Shown: positions 1 through 9,700, counted from the stretch's first letter. The stretch is 64,000 nt of DNA from an uncultured Candidatus Saccharibacteria bacterium (GCA_964600695.1 CAZRKK010000003.1:22914-86913); one strand, 5' to 3'. Numbers and translations: made by a program. The notes: a model not told the origin generated them from the sequence alone.

Positions 1-685
1 CGACAGTACCATTAAAGATTTCTGGAACTTCCAATTCGAAGAGTTTGCGAACCATATCTGGATGACTTCGAGACAAAGTAATTTTAGGTCCTTTGCTGGT
101 TGGTTCTACGTGTAAGATTAAAACTTTAATACGAACACCGACTTCATACTTTTCGTTACGAATTTGTTCGGATGGGAATAAAATACCAACAGCTTTTCCA
201 AGGTCAACCAATACAGTATCACCTTCTACACGTTGGATGATTCCATTGATAAGAGTGCGTTCTTTAGACTTAAAGTCGGAGAACTGCATGTTGCGTTCAG
301 CTTCACGCAATTTTTGAATAATAACTTGCTTCGCAGTTTGTGCAGCGATACGTCCAAATTCCATTCCATCAGTTGGAGTGATTTCCATACGGACAACATC
401 ACCAGGCTTAGCACCCTTTTGCCAGTTCTGAGCTTCTTCGATACTGATTTCTTTTTGCTGATCTTCGATTTCATCTTGATTGATCGGCACAACTGTTTTT
501 TCATCATAAATTTTTGCGGATAGATCTTCTGTACTAAATTCAACAACTGGATTCTGATCTTTCTCTCCGTAGTCTTTACGAAAAGCCGCAGCCAAAGAGG
601 CTTCGATCATTTCGATAATTTCTTCTCGGGAGATTCCTTTTTCTTCGGCGATTTGTGCCAAAGCTTGTTCTAATTGTTCATTCAT
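1..685 (-). CDS. nusA: Transcription termination/antitermination factor NusA, N-terminal part (gene runs off the window edge; start codon at 683-685)
   Basis: The minus-strand translation from the ATG at 685 reads MNEQLEQALAQIAEEKGISREEIIEMIEASLAAAFRKDYGE... and continues to GDVVRMEITPTDGMEFGRIAAQTAKQVIIQKLREAERN, which matches the NusA N-terminal and S1 domains. It has no stop codon before position 1, so it is absent from the ORF track. Confidence 0.85.
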   Translation of the reverse strand, partial: MNEQLEQALAQIAEEKGISREEIIEMIEASLAAAFRKDYGEKDQNPVVEFSTEDLSAKIYDEKTVVPINQDEIEDQQKEISIEEAQNWQKGAKPGDVVRMEITPTDGMEFGRIAAQTAKQVIIQKLREAERNMQFSDFKSKERTLINGIIQRVEGDTVLVDLGKAVGILFPSEQIRNEKYEVGVRIKVLILHVEPTSKGPKITLSRSHPDMVRKLFELEVPEIFNGTV

Positions 686-747
686 ATTTTCACTATTTAA
701 TTGTCTTGTGCAGAACAGAGTAAATAAAAAGACGAGCGTTGGCTCAT

Positions 748-1161
748 CTAGTTCAGTTCTACTGCATTCGTTATTATTTTAGCATATTTTACGAATTTGT
801 CAAGATCTGAGTTGTTGGGTATTTTTGCCGCAGAGCTCAGTAAAATTGCGCAGACATCTATTCTCGGTTGCAGGTTTTGATACTGTTTGTGTTTAACCAA
901 AAACCAATTTACAATTTTTATCAGTCGCTGCCTTTTATGATTACTGATAGATTCTTCGGGTAATCCAAATCTGCTGGACACTCTGGTTTTTACTTCTACA
1001 AAGATAATTTGATTCTTACCTAAGACTATTAAATCTATCTCACCGATCTGTTTACCGGTGTGATTAAAACTATTCTTCATCAGTATTTTGTAACCCTGAC
1101 GAGAGTATAAACGCGCCGCGTAATATTCGCCCCAAGCTCCCAAAGTTGTTTGGTTTATCAT
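748..1161 (-). CDS. yraN: YraN family (UPF0102) endonuclease
   Basis: 137 aa. The sequence GEYYAARLYSRQGYKIL...GEIDLIVLGKNQIIFVEVKTR is the typical YraN/UPF0102 signature. Confidence 0.75.
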   Translation of the reverse strand: MINQTTLGAWGEYYAARLYSRQGYKILMKNSFNHTGKQIGEIDLIVLGKNQIIFVEVKTRVSSRFGLPEESISNHKRQRLIKIVNWFLVKHKQYQNLQPRIDVCAILLSSAAKIPNNSDLDKFVKYAKIITNAVELN

Positions 1162-1220
1162 TCTTTAAGACTAACATGCGGTCAATCAAGACTGCTTCAA
1201 AGTTATCCTAAAGTTGGATA

Positions 1221-1250
1221 AAGAAAAAACAGGCCGAAGCCTGTTTTTTA
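1221..1250 (-). terminator. Rho-independent terminator downstream of the 1259-1669 gene
   Basis: Hairpin aacaggc-cgaa-gcctgtt flanked by an A-run and a T-run; it could act on either strand. Confidence 0.5.
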
Positions 1251-1258
1251 TTTAGAAA

Positions 1259-1669
1259 TTATCGATTCATGTTTAAGTATTTCTCTTTCAACTGTTCCTT
1301 ACTCTGGATCACTACATCTTTTCTGTAGCTGAATAAGAAGTACTTGATTGGTTTCCATAAAAACATTAAACCAATAATACCGATCAAGGCTGCCATAAAA
1401 CGAGAGCCTAGGGCATTAACATATTGCCAACGCAATACATACCATAACATTTCTAGTAGCCCAACAGTTATAAATACAGAGCTAACCCTACTAATCTGAG
1501 GCTTTTTGAGAGTATCCTTACTAATCAATTTAACTATTAATAGAATAACACCCAACAACACCAACGCGGCTCCGGTGTATAAAATTATTTGATCGGTTAA
1601 ATGCACTACTCCGCGGTCTAAGCCAAACCAATACTGTTTTGTGATAAGTTCTTTCCAATTGATATTCAT
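1259..1669 (-). CDS. Hypothetical integral membrane protein (3-4 predicted TM helices)
   Basis: 136-aa ORF with several hydrophobic stretches (ILYTGAALVLLGVILLIV, GIIGLMFLW). No recognisable family. Confidence 0.5.
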   Translation of the reverse strand: MNINWKELITKQYWFGLDRGVVHLTDQIILYTGAALVLLGVILLIVKLISKDTLKKPQISRVSSVFITVGLLEMLWYVLRWQYVNALGSRFMAALIGIIGLMFLWKPIKYFLFSYRKDVVIQSKEQLKEKYLNMNR

Positions 1670-1712
1670 AGAGATATTTTACCTATATTTTTAAGGAGTC
1701 GCAAGTTATAAA

Positions 1713-1740
1713 AAAACTGGGCCTGAACCCAGCTTAATTA
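1713..1740 (-). terminator. Rho-independent terminator after the methyltransferase gene
   Basis: Minus strand reads ctgggttcaggcccag followed by ttttttt. Confidence 0.5.
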
Positions 1741-1748
1741 GATATAAA

Positions 1749-2276
1749 TTAAAGCTTTTCAAAGACCATCGCGTAATGATAGACATCGCCGTTTAAATCC
1801 TTAGTGTGTTTAAAACCTAGGGTTTCTAGCTCGGCACGTAGGTCGTGTTCGGAGATACGCTTATCCATAGCCGGGCCAAATGGACTATGTTCATCTTTCC
1901 AATCGACTGTAAGTAGTAACCCACCGGATTGAAGTAAAGCATAGGCGTTCTTTAGCAGCGCATGACGATCTTTAACCTCATGAAGAATACTCGCCAAGAT
2001 TACAACATCTTCTCCACCGGCTGGGATTTTTTCCATTGGTTTTTCTAGATCGGCTTTGTAAATTTCTACGTTGTGAAAACCATTTTGAATGGTAATAGAT
2101 TTGGTTGCAGCTAATTTTGAATCTTGAACATCCACTGCTGCCACACGGCCAGTATTACCAACCATCCGTGCTGCTGCTAGGGTATAAAAACCACTACCAC
2201 AACCAAGGTCGGTGACTTTATTTCCTGGGCGCAATCCCAAATGCGCAACTACGTTTTCTGGTTTTATGAATTTCAT
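1749..2276 (-). CDS. Class I SAM-dependent methyltransferase
   Basis: VTDLGCGSGFYTLAAARMV (motif I GxGxG) and VAAVDVQDSKL (motif II acidic residue), then DVVILASILHEV. Confidence 0.75.
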   Translation of the reverse strand: MKFIKPENVVAHLGLRPGNKVTDLGCGSGFYTLAAARMVGNTGRVAAVDVQDSKLAATKSITIQNGFHNVEIYKADLEKPMEKIPAGGEDVVILASILHEVKDRHALLKNAYALLQSGGLLLTVDWKDEHSPFGPAMDKRISEHDLRAELETLGFKHTKDLNGDVYHYAMVFEKL

Positions 2277-2302
2277 TTTATTTTTGAACTTTTATACAAA
2301 TA

Positions 2303-3172
2303 TTATTTGGTTTCAGTTTGCAATCTCTGAAAGTTAACAATTTTATTAACTCCATTTTCCTGGCCAACCTCTATTAATAGAGCGTTGACGATTCCTGCAC
2401 CTTCTTCTGGAGTTTCTAGTTTGAACTTGCCGCGCTCCAAGAATGGATTAAGTGAGTTCTCTACTATTACTCCTAGAACAGAATCGCGTGCCCCGCTCAT
2501 TCCTAAATCGGTTTGAAACACAGTGCCTTTAGGAAGAATTTTAGTGTCGGCGGTCGGGATATGAGTATGGGTGCCATAGACAATTGTGGCGCGGCCATCA
2601 ACATGCCAAGCAAAGGCATTTTTTTCGCTGGTGGCCTCGGCATGTAAATCTACTATGATTATATCATCTTTTTGAGCTTCTTTTGAATAGATGTCATCAA
2701 AGGCAAAAAAAGGATTAGCTATATCACCTCGGAATTGTTTTTCAAAAAACAATTGCCCACCTAAATTAATAACCAAATATTGTTGACCATTCTTAGCAAA
2801 GCGGTAAAAACCATGCCCTGGGACCGAACCAGAATTCAATCCAGAAGCAGACATACCCATCTCTTCCGCACGACCATCTTGCCCTAGAGAAGTATAGTTT
2901 GCCGGCCGCGTAATGTTATCGAATTTATCAAAACATTCCTCCGCGCGAGGCCCACTATCAAACACATGATTCCCAGAAGTAAAAGCATTAAACCCAAGTG
3001 CAGTAAGTTCTTCGATATGACGCAAAATAATTCCCTTGCCGTGAGTGAGGTTTTCGACATTCCCAATAATTACATCTGGTTTATGTTCTTCCTGCCACAA
3101 TGGCAAAACGGCAGAGATTGCTTCTCTGCCGGGTCTTCCCATAATATCACCAAATAATAATATTTTTGCCAT
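2303..3172 (-). CDS. ymdB: YmdB-like metallophosphoesterase (TIGR00282; 2',3'-cyclic-nucleotide phosphodiesterase family)
   Basis: MAKILLFGDIMGRPGREAI...DVIIGNVENLTHGKGI...GNHVFD...VDLHAEATSEKNAFAWHVDGRATIVYGTHTHIPTAD. It sits directly downstream of rny, as in Bacillus. Confidence 0.85.
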   Translation of the reverse strand: MAKILLFGDIMGRPGREAISAVLPLWQEEHKPDVIIGNVENLTHGKGIILRHIEELTALGFNAFTSGNHVFDSGPRAEECFDKFDNITRPANYTSLGQDGRAEEMGMSASGLNSGSVPGHGFYRFAKNGQQYLVINLGGQLFFEKQFRGDIANPFFAFDDIYSKEAQKDDIIIVDLHAEATSEKNAFAWHVDGRATIVYGTHTHIPTADTKILPKGTVFQTDLGMSGARDSVLGVIVENSLNPFLERGKFKLETPEEGAGIVNALLIEVGQENGVNKIVNFQRLQTETK

Positions 3173-3183
3173 TTAGAATCTTT

Positions 3184-4728
3184 CTAACGCGCGTACTCAA
3201 TTACTCTAAAGTCACGGATAACCTGCACACGGATTTCTCCAGGGAACTTAAGTTCACTTTCTAAGCGATTAGCAATTTCGCGAGCAAGTTTTTGACAACC
3301 ATAATCATCCAAAGCTGTTGGGGTTACAAACACGCGAAGTTCACGTCCACCTTGAATCGCATAAGTCTTTTCTACACCTTCGAAGGAGTTAGCGATTGCT
3401 TCTAAGTCACCTAAACGCTTAACATAGTTTTCAAAACTATCTTTACGAGCACCTGGGCGAGAACCACTAATACCATCAGCTGCATCTACTACCATTGCTT
3501 CGATAGATAGAGGTGCGCGGTGAGTAGCATGTTCGGCTACGTCTGTGTCATGGTGATGAGATTCAATTGCTTCGATAACTTTTTCGTCCAAGCCAAACTT
3601 CTCGGCAATACGACGACCGATTTCGATATGAGTTCCTTCCATATCTTGGTCTAAGGCTTTTCCAATATCGTGTAATAGTGCACCTTGCTTACAGATCATT
3701 TCGTCTGCACCAAGTTCGCGAGCGATTAAGGCAGCGATCTTCGCCATTTCTACAGAGTGAAGAAGCACGTTTTGTCCATAAGAAGTACGGAACATTAAAC
3801 GTCCAACTAAATGAACAAGCTTTGGTGGGAAGTTAGTAATCCCAAGTTCATAAACCGCATCTTCTCCGGCTTGCTTAATTTTGTCGTTAACTTCACCTTT
3901 ACTTTTCTCATAAGCTTCCTCGATACGGGCTGGGTGAATACGACCATCTTGCAATAGTTTTTCTAGGGTAAGTTTACCAATATATCGGCGGATAGAATTA
4001 AACCCAGATACAACTACAGTGTCGGGGCTATCATCAATTAGAATTTCTACACCCATCAACTGTTCGAAGGTACGAATATTGCGACCCTCTTTACCAATGA
4101 TACGGCCTTTCATTTCTTCATTTGGAATAACTACAGTTGTAGTAGTACTTTCGGCAGTAACTTCGGTAGCAATTCGTTCGATAGCTTGAGCAACAATCTT
4201 ACGAGCTTCTTTTTCGGCAGTTTCGTGAGCAGTATTTAGAAGTTTGCGGTGCAAACCAAGCATTTCTTCGCTGATTTGCTTTTCAGCATTATCAAGTAAA
4301 ACCTTGCCGGCTTCTTCGCGAGTCATACCAGCGATTTTTTCGAGGTTAGCAAGCTGTTTAGCACGAAGTTCTTTAACTTCTTCTTCACTCTTTTTAAGAG
4401 CCTCAACTTTATCTTCTAAATCTTGAGTCTTTTTTTCTAAGTTGTTAGATTTTTGTTCTAACTCTTTTTCGCGACGATCGATACGATCTTCAAAACGAAC
4501 AATTTGAGCCCGAAAATCTGCTTCTGCTTTCTTGGCAGAATCAGTAATTTCTAGAGCCTTAGCTTTCGCTTCAATTAATAATTCTTTTTCTTTATTTTTG
4601 GCATCTTCTAGAATGCGTTCGGAACGAGCTTCGGCATTGCCCACTCGTTTTGACACTAGTTGCTGACGGAGGAAGTATCCTATCCCCGAACCGACAACTA
4701 AGCCGACAATTAAATATACGTATAACAT
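3184..4728 (-). CDS. rny: Ribonuclease Y
   Basis: N-terminal TM segment, a long coiled coil, a KH domain (GRIIGKEGRNIRTFEQLMGVEILIDD) and an HD domain (HSVEMAKIAALIARELGADEMICKQGALLHDIGKA). Confidence 0.9.
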   Translation of the reverse strand: MLYVYLIVGLVVGSGIGYFLRQQLVSKRVGNAEARSERILEDAKNKEKELLIEAKAKALEITDSAKKAEADFRAQIVRFEDRIDRREKELEQKSNNLEKKTQDLEDKVEALKKSEEEVKELRAKQLANLEKIAGMTREEAGKVLLDNAEKQISEEMLGLHRKLLNTAHETAEKEARKIVAQAIERIATEVTAESTTTTVVIPNEEMKGRIIGKEGRNIRTFEQLMGVEILIDDSPDTVVVSGFNSIRRYIGKLTLEKLLQDGRIHPARIEEAYEKSKGEVNDKIKQAGEDAVYELGITNFPPKLVHLVGRLMFRTSYGQNVLLHSVEMAKIAALIARELGADEMICKQGALLHDIGKALDQDMEGTHIEIGRRIAEKFGLDEKVIEAIESHHHDTDVAEHATHRAPLSIEAMVVDAADGISGSRPGARKDSFENYVKRLGDLEAIANSFEGVEKTYAIQGGRELRVFVTPTALDDYGCQKLAREIANRLESELKFPGEIRVQVIRDFRVIEYAR

Positions 4729-5066
4729 AAATAAAAACCCTTAACCGATTAGAGAGGGCTTTTTTGAGAAGGTATTTAGTTTTTAACCACGCTTACGTAG
4801 AAATAGCCTTTAATCTAGATTAGATAAGGTATAAGAAATCTGAGCTAATTATTAGACTTCTGGATGTCTCTAGGACAGAAACGGTATTAATTTCTAAGGT
4901 TATAGTGGTTAAATTCATAAGTATTGCTTCCAAAAACTCTCAAATCAGAATTTATAATCTAATTTTATGAACTTAATATACCACTTTTTTAGCAATCTGG
5001 TCAAATGTTGATTCTTTCCCCTATAATCGCTAATATAATTACATAGACTATTAATTTATATTTTTT

Positions 5067-5645
5067 ATGCACGATTTAGAACACGATATCTACGAAGATG
5101 AAATGTTTGATGTGGCTCCAAAAGTTGGAGTAGCAGCTCCAGAATTCGAAGGCCTACAAACTTACCATAAGGGTGAGTTCCATAAAGCCTCTCTAAGCGA
5201 TTACAAAGGTAAGTGGTTAGTGTTATTCTTTTATCCACGCGATTTTACCTTTATCTGTCCTACCGAAATTGAAGAATTTGGCCGTCTTTACCCAGAATTC
5301 CAGAAGTTAAACTGTGAAATATTGGGTGCAAGCACCGACAGTGAACATGTTCACAAAGCTTGGTACGAAACTGACCATCGATTAAAGAATGTTGAATACC
5401 CTATTGTCGCTGACACAACTCAAGAATTAGCAGACATGTATGGTGTCTTAGACCACGACGGCTCTGCTCAACGCGGAACATTTATTATCGACCCAGAAGG
5501 TACTCTAAAATTTATGTTGGTGTCTGCAGATTCCGTAGGACGTAATATTGCAGAAATGCTTCGTGTTGTGGAAGCTCTTCAAACTGGAGAACGTTGCCCA
5601 GCAAACTGGGAACATGGCAAAGAAACATTAGGTAAAGCTGAATAA
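5067..5645 (+). CDS. Peroxiredoxin (typical 2-Cys, AhpC/Prx1 family)
   Basis: KGKWLVLFFYPRDFTFICPTEIEEF contains the peroxidatic Cys, and a resolving Cys lies in GERCPANWEHG near the C-terminus. There is a ~25-aa N-terminal extension, so the true start may be internal. Confidence 0.85.
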   Translation: MHDLEHDIYEDEMFDVAPKVGVAAPEFEGLQTYHKGEFHKASLSDYKGKWLVLFFYPRDFTFICPTEIEEFGRLYPEFQKLNCEILGASTDSEHVHKAWYETDHRLKNVEYPIVADTTQELADMYGVLDHDGSAQRGTFIIDPEGTLKFMLVSADSVGRNIAEMLRVVEALQTGERCPANWEHGKETLGKAE

Positions 5646-5646
5646 T

Positions 5647-6264
5647 ATGTACGAAGCAAAACAATTTGAAAGCATCAATGGCGTCGAAGGTTTATCTGAG
5701 CGCTTAATGAAAGAGCATTACAAGCTTTATGAAGGTTATATCAAAAAAGCTAATGAGATCACTGAAAAACTAAAGACCGTAGACCTGACAACTGCTAATG
5801 CCACATATTCTGACTTACGTGCTTTAAAACTTGGTTATAGTTTTGCTGTTGATGCCATCAAGAGCCACGAACTATACTTTACTAATTTATCAGGTACAGG
5901 GGCGAACAAAGGTGGACAACCGAGTGGATGGTTAGGTAGTGCTATCGAAAAGCAGTTTGGTAGTTTCGAAAACTGGCGGGCCGACATGAAAGCTACTGGC
6001 ATCGCGGCTCGAGGGTGGGTTTGGTTAGCTTTTGATTGGCAAAATGGTAGCTTGTTTAACTACCTTGGTGACCAACATGATGGTTTTCCAATCTGGCATG
6101 CCACACCAATAGTTGCTTTGGATGTTTACGAACACGCCTACATGATGGATTACGGAGTAGCCCGCGCCGATTATATAGAAGCCTTCTTCAAAAACCTCAA
6201 TTGGGAACAAGCCGAACAGGCCGTTACCAAACTATCAATAGATAAGTGGGAAAGTAATTCCTAA
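5647..6264 (+). CDS. Fe/Mn superoxide dismutase family protein (divergent N-terminus)
   Basis: DVYEHAYMMDY matches the D-x-W-E-H-A-Y-Y metal-ligand motif, and KSHELYFTNL matches the NHSxFW region. A His is retained in LMKEHYKLY. The start is 2 nt after the peroxiredoxin stop. Confidence 0.7.
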   Translation: MYEAKQFESINGVEGLSERLMKEHYKLYEGYIKKANEITEKLKTVDLTTANATYSDLRALKLGYSFAVDAIKSHELYFTNLSGTGANKGGQPSGWLGSAIEKQFGSFENWRADMKATGIAARGWVWLAFDWQNGSLFNYLGDQHDGFPIWHATPIVALDVYEHAYMMDYGVARADYIEAFFKNLNWEQAEQAVTKLSIDKWESNS

Positions 6265-6277
6265 TAATAGATAAAAA

Positions 6278-6302
6278 GAAACCCCGATTAATTCGGGGTT
6301 TT
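6278..6302 (+). terminator. Rho-independent terminator after the SOD gene
   Basis: aaaccccgattaattcggggtttt followed by a T-rich tract. Confidence 0.5.
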
Positions 6303-6318
6303 AATATTACTAACTACT

Positions 6319-6927
6319 TTAGCCATTCACTGTGGTTGAGAGTGCTTGAAACTTTACAAAGTCTACTAGCTTTCTGGACCTGGACGGATGGCGCAATATC
6401 CGCAAAGCCTTGCCCTCTACTTGTCGGATACGCTCGCGGGTTACACTAAGGACTTGTCCAACTTCTTCCAAAGTATAGCCTCCAAAAAAACGAAGGATGA
6501 TCACTGTTCTCTGTTGGTTATTTAGAGTTTTGAGAAGCTCTTGCACAGCAACCTTTAGCTCAAAATCAAAACTGAGTTCAATGACTTGAATTGGGGAGAC
6601 TAATTCTTTAATCCCACCAGATTTGAGATGGCAAACACAATCGAGGTTATAAGCCTCATCACGCACCTTGCGATCGTTTAAACTTAATTCCTCAACCAGT
6701 TTTGGTTTCGGGAAAAGTTCATCTGGAAATTTACCAGTGAGTTCAAACAACCGCTCCGAAAGTTGTTGTGAAAGCCCTTTTTTAGGTATGTATTTAAAGG
6801 TAATTAATCTAACATAATAAGTTACACTAATCCCTAAAAACTTTGCAGTGTCCTTGTCAGACCAACCACGCTTATTTGCAGCAGCTTCAATATCCTGATG
6901 CCTCTCGAGCTTACTCTTTTTATTCAT
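6319..6927 (-). CDS. Sigma-70 region 4 domain protein with an additional N-terminal HTH
   Basis: The C-terminus QQRTVIILRFFGGYTLEEVGQVLSVTRERIRQVEGKALRILRH is a typical sigma-70 region 4.2. The N-terminus has an HTH-like GWSDKDTAKFLGISVTYYVRL. No recognisable region 2. Confidence 0.6.
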   Translation of the reverse strand: MNKKSKLERHQDIEAAANKRGWSDKDTAKFLGISVTYYVRLITFKYIPKKGLSQQLSERLFELTGKFPDELFPKPKLVEELSLNDRKVRDEAYNLDCVCHLKSGGIKELVSPIQVIELSFDFELKVAVQELLKTLNNQQRTVIILRFFGGYTLEEVGQVLSVTRERIRQVEGKALRILRHPSRSRKLVDFVKFQALSTTVNG

Positions 6928-7034
6928 TTTTGTCCTCCTACGAAAATTTCTAACACTTCACAATACCATAATATATAAATTCCGTCAATATTTGAACTGT
7001 TTTACTGTTGGTTATCAACCCTATCCTAAACAAA

Positions 7035-7065
7035 AACCCCCGAATGGTCGAGGGTTTTGAATAAG
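7035..7065 (-). terminator. Terminator after rplS
   Basis: Minus strand reads aaaccctcgaccattcgggggttttt. Confidence 0.45.
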
Positions 7066-7080
7066 TAGTTTTAGTTTAGA

Positions 7081-7494
7081 CTATTCAGCTTTTTCTGCTG
7101 GTTTATCTTTCTTTACAGACTTCTTGTTCTTACTCATAGCTGTTTTAGACTTTGTTGTATTCTTACGAACACGAGGAGTGTTGTCGCGAAGTTCGCGAAC
7201 ATAGTATAACTTGCTTTGACGAACTAAATCATCTTTTACAACTTCGATCTTAGCAATATTAGGAGAGTGTAATGGGTAGATACGTTCTACACCAACGCCG
7301 TTAGAGATTTTACGAACCATGAAAGTTGCGTTAGCACCAGTTCCACCCTTACGAGCGATAACTAGACCTTCGAAAATCTGAATACGTTCTTTACCACCTT
7401 CTTTAATACGATTATGAACCTTAACAGTGTAACCGGTTTTAAAAGGTGTGTGGTCTTTAAGTTGTTCTGCTTTTAAATTCTTTACGAGTTTCAT
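7081..7494 (-). CDS. rplS: 50S ribosomal protein L19 with a Lys-rich C-terminal tail
   Basis: [68 protein letters not shown]. Confidence 0.9.
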   Translation of the reverse strand: MKLVKNLKAEQLKDHTPFKTGYTVKVHNRIKEGGKERIQIFEGLVIARKGGTGANATFMVRKISNGVGVERIYPLHSPNIAKIEVVKDDLVRQSKLYYVRELRDNTPRVRKNTTKSKTAMSKNKKSVKKDKPAEKAE

Positions 7495-7495
7495 A

Positions 7496-8473
7496 TTATA
7501 ATAAATTAACTTTCTTGCTATTAAGCTTTGTGAGTATTTCTTTGAGGTCTTTTGGAAATTCGCTTTCCGCTTCTATCCAAGACTCATCAGGTAATTGAAC
7601 TTCAATCTTTTTTGCATGAAGGAACTGCCTGTTAAGGCCAAGCTTCATGACATTCTTGCCACCATAGAGTTCGTCCCCCACAAGAGGGAAACCGGCGGAA
7701 GAAAAATGAACGCGTATCTGATGCGTTCTACCTGTGTGTAATTTTACAACAACTAGGGTGTATTCGTCAAGGCCGCCCGGTAACTGAAAACTTAGGTGTT
7801 CTAGCACTTCGTACTCCGTTAAAGCCGGCTTTGGTATGCCCATATCGCTCTTTTTTATAGTATGTTTACGGAAATCGTTCTTGCTTTTACCCATTGGTTG
7901 GTCAAAAGTGCCATGTGAATTGGGCATATTACCACGAACTAAGGCAATATACTCCTTTTTTACCTTCCGCTCAAAAAAAGCATCTTTAAGGTGTTCATAC
8001 ATAGGTTGTGTGAGAGCCACCAAAATCACCCCAGAAGTATCTTTATCTAAACGATGAACAATCCCATGGCGTTCTTCCTCTCCCACCAAATGAATATCTT
8101 TAAAGTGATATAACAGAGCTTGAGCTAAAGAATCACCTTTAAAGCCTGCTCCAGGATGAACCACCAAACCAGCTGGTTTATCTATAATTAACAGACCATG
8201 GTTGTTGTATAAAGTCTTGATCGGAATGTTCAACGGTTGAGGCTTCTCGGCTGCAGGACTCGGATTATAAACAATAACACTATCCTTCTTAACAGCGCGG
8301 TGTGGTAAAGTATCTACTTCTCCGTTAACTGTTACTAAACCAATTTCGATATCACGTTGAATTTTACTACGAGACATTTTTGGTAATTTTTGCGCCAAAA
8401 ATTTATCTAAACGAATTTTTAGATCTTCTACTACAAACTTTTCGGTTGTACTACTGTTTTCTGCTTTTGTCAT
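7496..8473 (-). CDS. rluD: RluA-family 23S rRNA pseudouridine synthase (RluD-like) with an N-terminal S4 domain
   Basis: S4 domain: [30 protein letters not shown]. Catalytic motif: [14 protein letters not shown]. Confidence 0.85.
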   Translation of the reverse strand: MTKAENSSTTEKFVVEDLKIRLDKFLAQKLPKMSRSKIQRDIEIGLVTVNGEVDTLPHRAVKKDSVIVYNPSPAAEKPQPLNIPIKTLYNNHGLLIIDKPAGLVVHPGAGFKGDSLAQALLYHFKDIHLVGEEERHGIVHRLDKDTSGVILVALTQPMYEHLKDAFFERKVKKEYIALVRGNMPNSHGTFDQPMGKSKNDFRKHTIKKSDMGIPKPALTEYEVLEHLSFQLPGGLDEYTLVVVKLHTGRTHQIRVHFSSAGFPLVGDELYGGKNVMKLGLNRQFLHAKKIEVQLPDESWIEAESEFPKDLKEILTKLNSKKVNLL

Positions 8474-8493
8474 ATCGGTCTTTCTTAACTGAA

Positions 8494-9270
8494 TTATTGA
8501 ATTAAATCTGGACGACGCTTTTTAGTTCGCTTGATAGCTTCTTCGGTACGCCACTTCTGAACATTTAGATGATGACCACTAAGCAAAACCTTGGGGACTC
8601 GCAGTTTTTTACCCGCAACCTCTAATACTTCTGGTTTGGTATATTGAGGATATTCCAACAACACTCCATTTTTTTTAACTGCATCAGAAACAGCAAAACT
8701 TTCGTTATCTGCAGACTCATCTTTCCCAAGCACGCCAGGTATTAACCGTAAGACAGCTTCGCTAATTACTAACGATGGTAGTTCACCACCCATTAGTACA
8801 TAGTCACCAACAGAGAGTTCTTCGTCTACAAATTTACGGACGCGTTCATCAAAGCCTTCATAACGACCAGATACAAATACTAAATTATCATACTTGGCTA
8901 ATCGACGAGCATGAGCTTGATTAAACTGTTTACCTTGAGGAGTTAGTAGAATTACACGTGTCTGCTTAGTGTGCGATGTTTTGTCAGCACTTTTTTCTAA
9001 AGAACTAGCCCGACCACGCGCTTTCGCTATCGCTTTTATAACTACATCCGGACGAAGGACCATCCCCAAACCACCTCCATAAGGACGGTCATCTACAGTC
9101 TTGCGTTTATCTAAACCAAACTTTCTTAAATCTATAGCGGTAAATTTAACCAAGCGAGATTTGATAGCTCGAGCAATGATCCCAAAACTAGTGTATTGGT
9201 TAACAAACTCTGGGAAGAGTGTGATTACGGAAATAGAAATTCGCCTGTTCATATAGTAATAGTAACACAA
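8494..9270 (-). CDS. trmD: tRNA (guanine37-N1)-methyltransferase TrmD (the true start is probably the internal Met at about 9252)
   Basis: ISVITLFPEFV...DDRPYGGGLGMVLRPDVV...VFVSGRYEGFDERV...LSVGDYVLMGGELPSLVISEAVLRLIPGVLG. Confidence 0.9.
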   Translation of the reverse strand: MCYYYYMNRRISISVITLFPEFVNQYTSFGIIARAIKSRLVKFTAIDLRKFGLDKRKTVDDRPYGGGLGMVLRPDVVIKAIAKARGRASSLEKSADKTSHTKQTRVILLTPQGKQFNQAHARRLAKYDNLVFVSGRYEGFDERVRKFVDEELSVGDYVLMGGELPSLVISEAVLRLIPGVLGKDESADNESFAVSDAVKKNGVLLEYPQYTKPEVLEVAGKKLRVPKVLLSGHHLNVQKWRTEEAIKRTKKRRPDLIQ

Positions 9271-9346
9271 AACCCGCTACTTTCACCTTGCGGCAGCTGC
9301 GGGTTTTGATTTGTTTTTTGTCCCGCACTAGCGGGCTAAATTTAAA

Positions 9347-9700
9347 TTAAAGCTTGAAATCGTCCATGTCTGCTTGTACGTCTTCGTTACGAGACTCTGC
9401 TTGAGAGTCGGAGTGAGAATCACTGCCATGTTCGCGACGAGGACCACGGTGAGAACCTTCTGGTTCGTAAATCTTCAAGTTTACACGAGCTTTGTGCTTA
9501 GCACCAACCACACGTAATAGTGTGCGAAGAGCTTTTGCAGTTTGGCCCATGCGACCGATAACCTGACCCATATCATTTGGGTTGATGTGCAAAGTGATCA
9601 GTACGCCCATTTCGTCTACACTGCGTTCTGTTTTTACATCATCTGGGTTGTCGACCAAAGCTTTGACTACGAATTCAACAAATGCTTGATCATTTTCCAT
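9347..9700 (-). CDS. khpA: KH-domain RNA-binding protein (KhpA/YlqC, UPF0109 family) with a charged C-terminal extension
   Basis: MENDQAFVEFVVKALVDNPDDVKTE...GVLITLHINPNDMGQVIGRMGQTAKALRTLLRVVG. The longer ORF starting at 9793 would begin 6 nt after a terminator T-run, so the Met at 9700 is preferred. Confidence 0.7.
   Translation of the reverse strand: MENDQAFVEFVVKALVDNPDDVKTERSVDEMGVLITLHINPNDMGQVIGRMGQTAKALRTLLRVVGAKHKARVNLKIYEPEGSHRGPRREHGSDSHSDSQAESRNEDVQADMDDFKL

Noticed and set aside
93-546. Three listed ORFs (93-317 +, 226-546 -, 233-523 +) at the window start
   Set aside because: They lie inside the minus-strand nusA reading frame. Their translations are Lys-rich and low-complexity, while the nusA frame is continuous and family-typical.
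2884-3157. ORFs 2884-3066 (-) and 2966-3157 (+) within ymdB
   Set aside because: They are out-of-frame or antisense overlaps of a well-supported gene.
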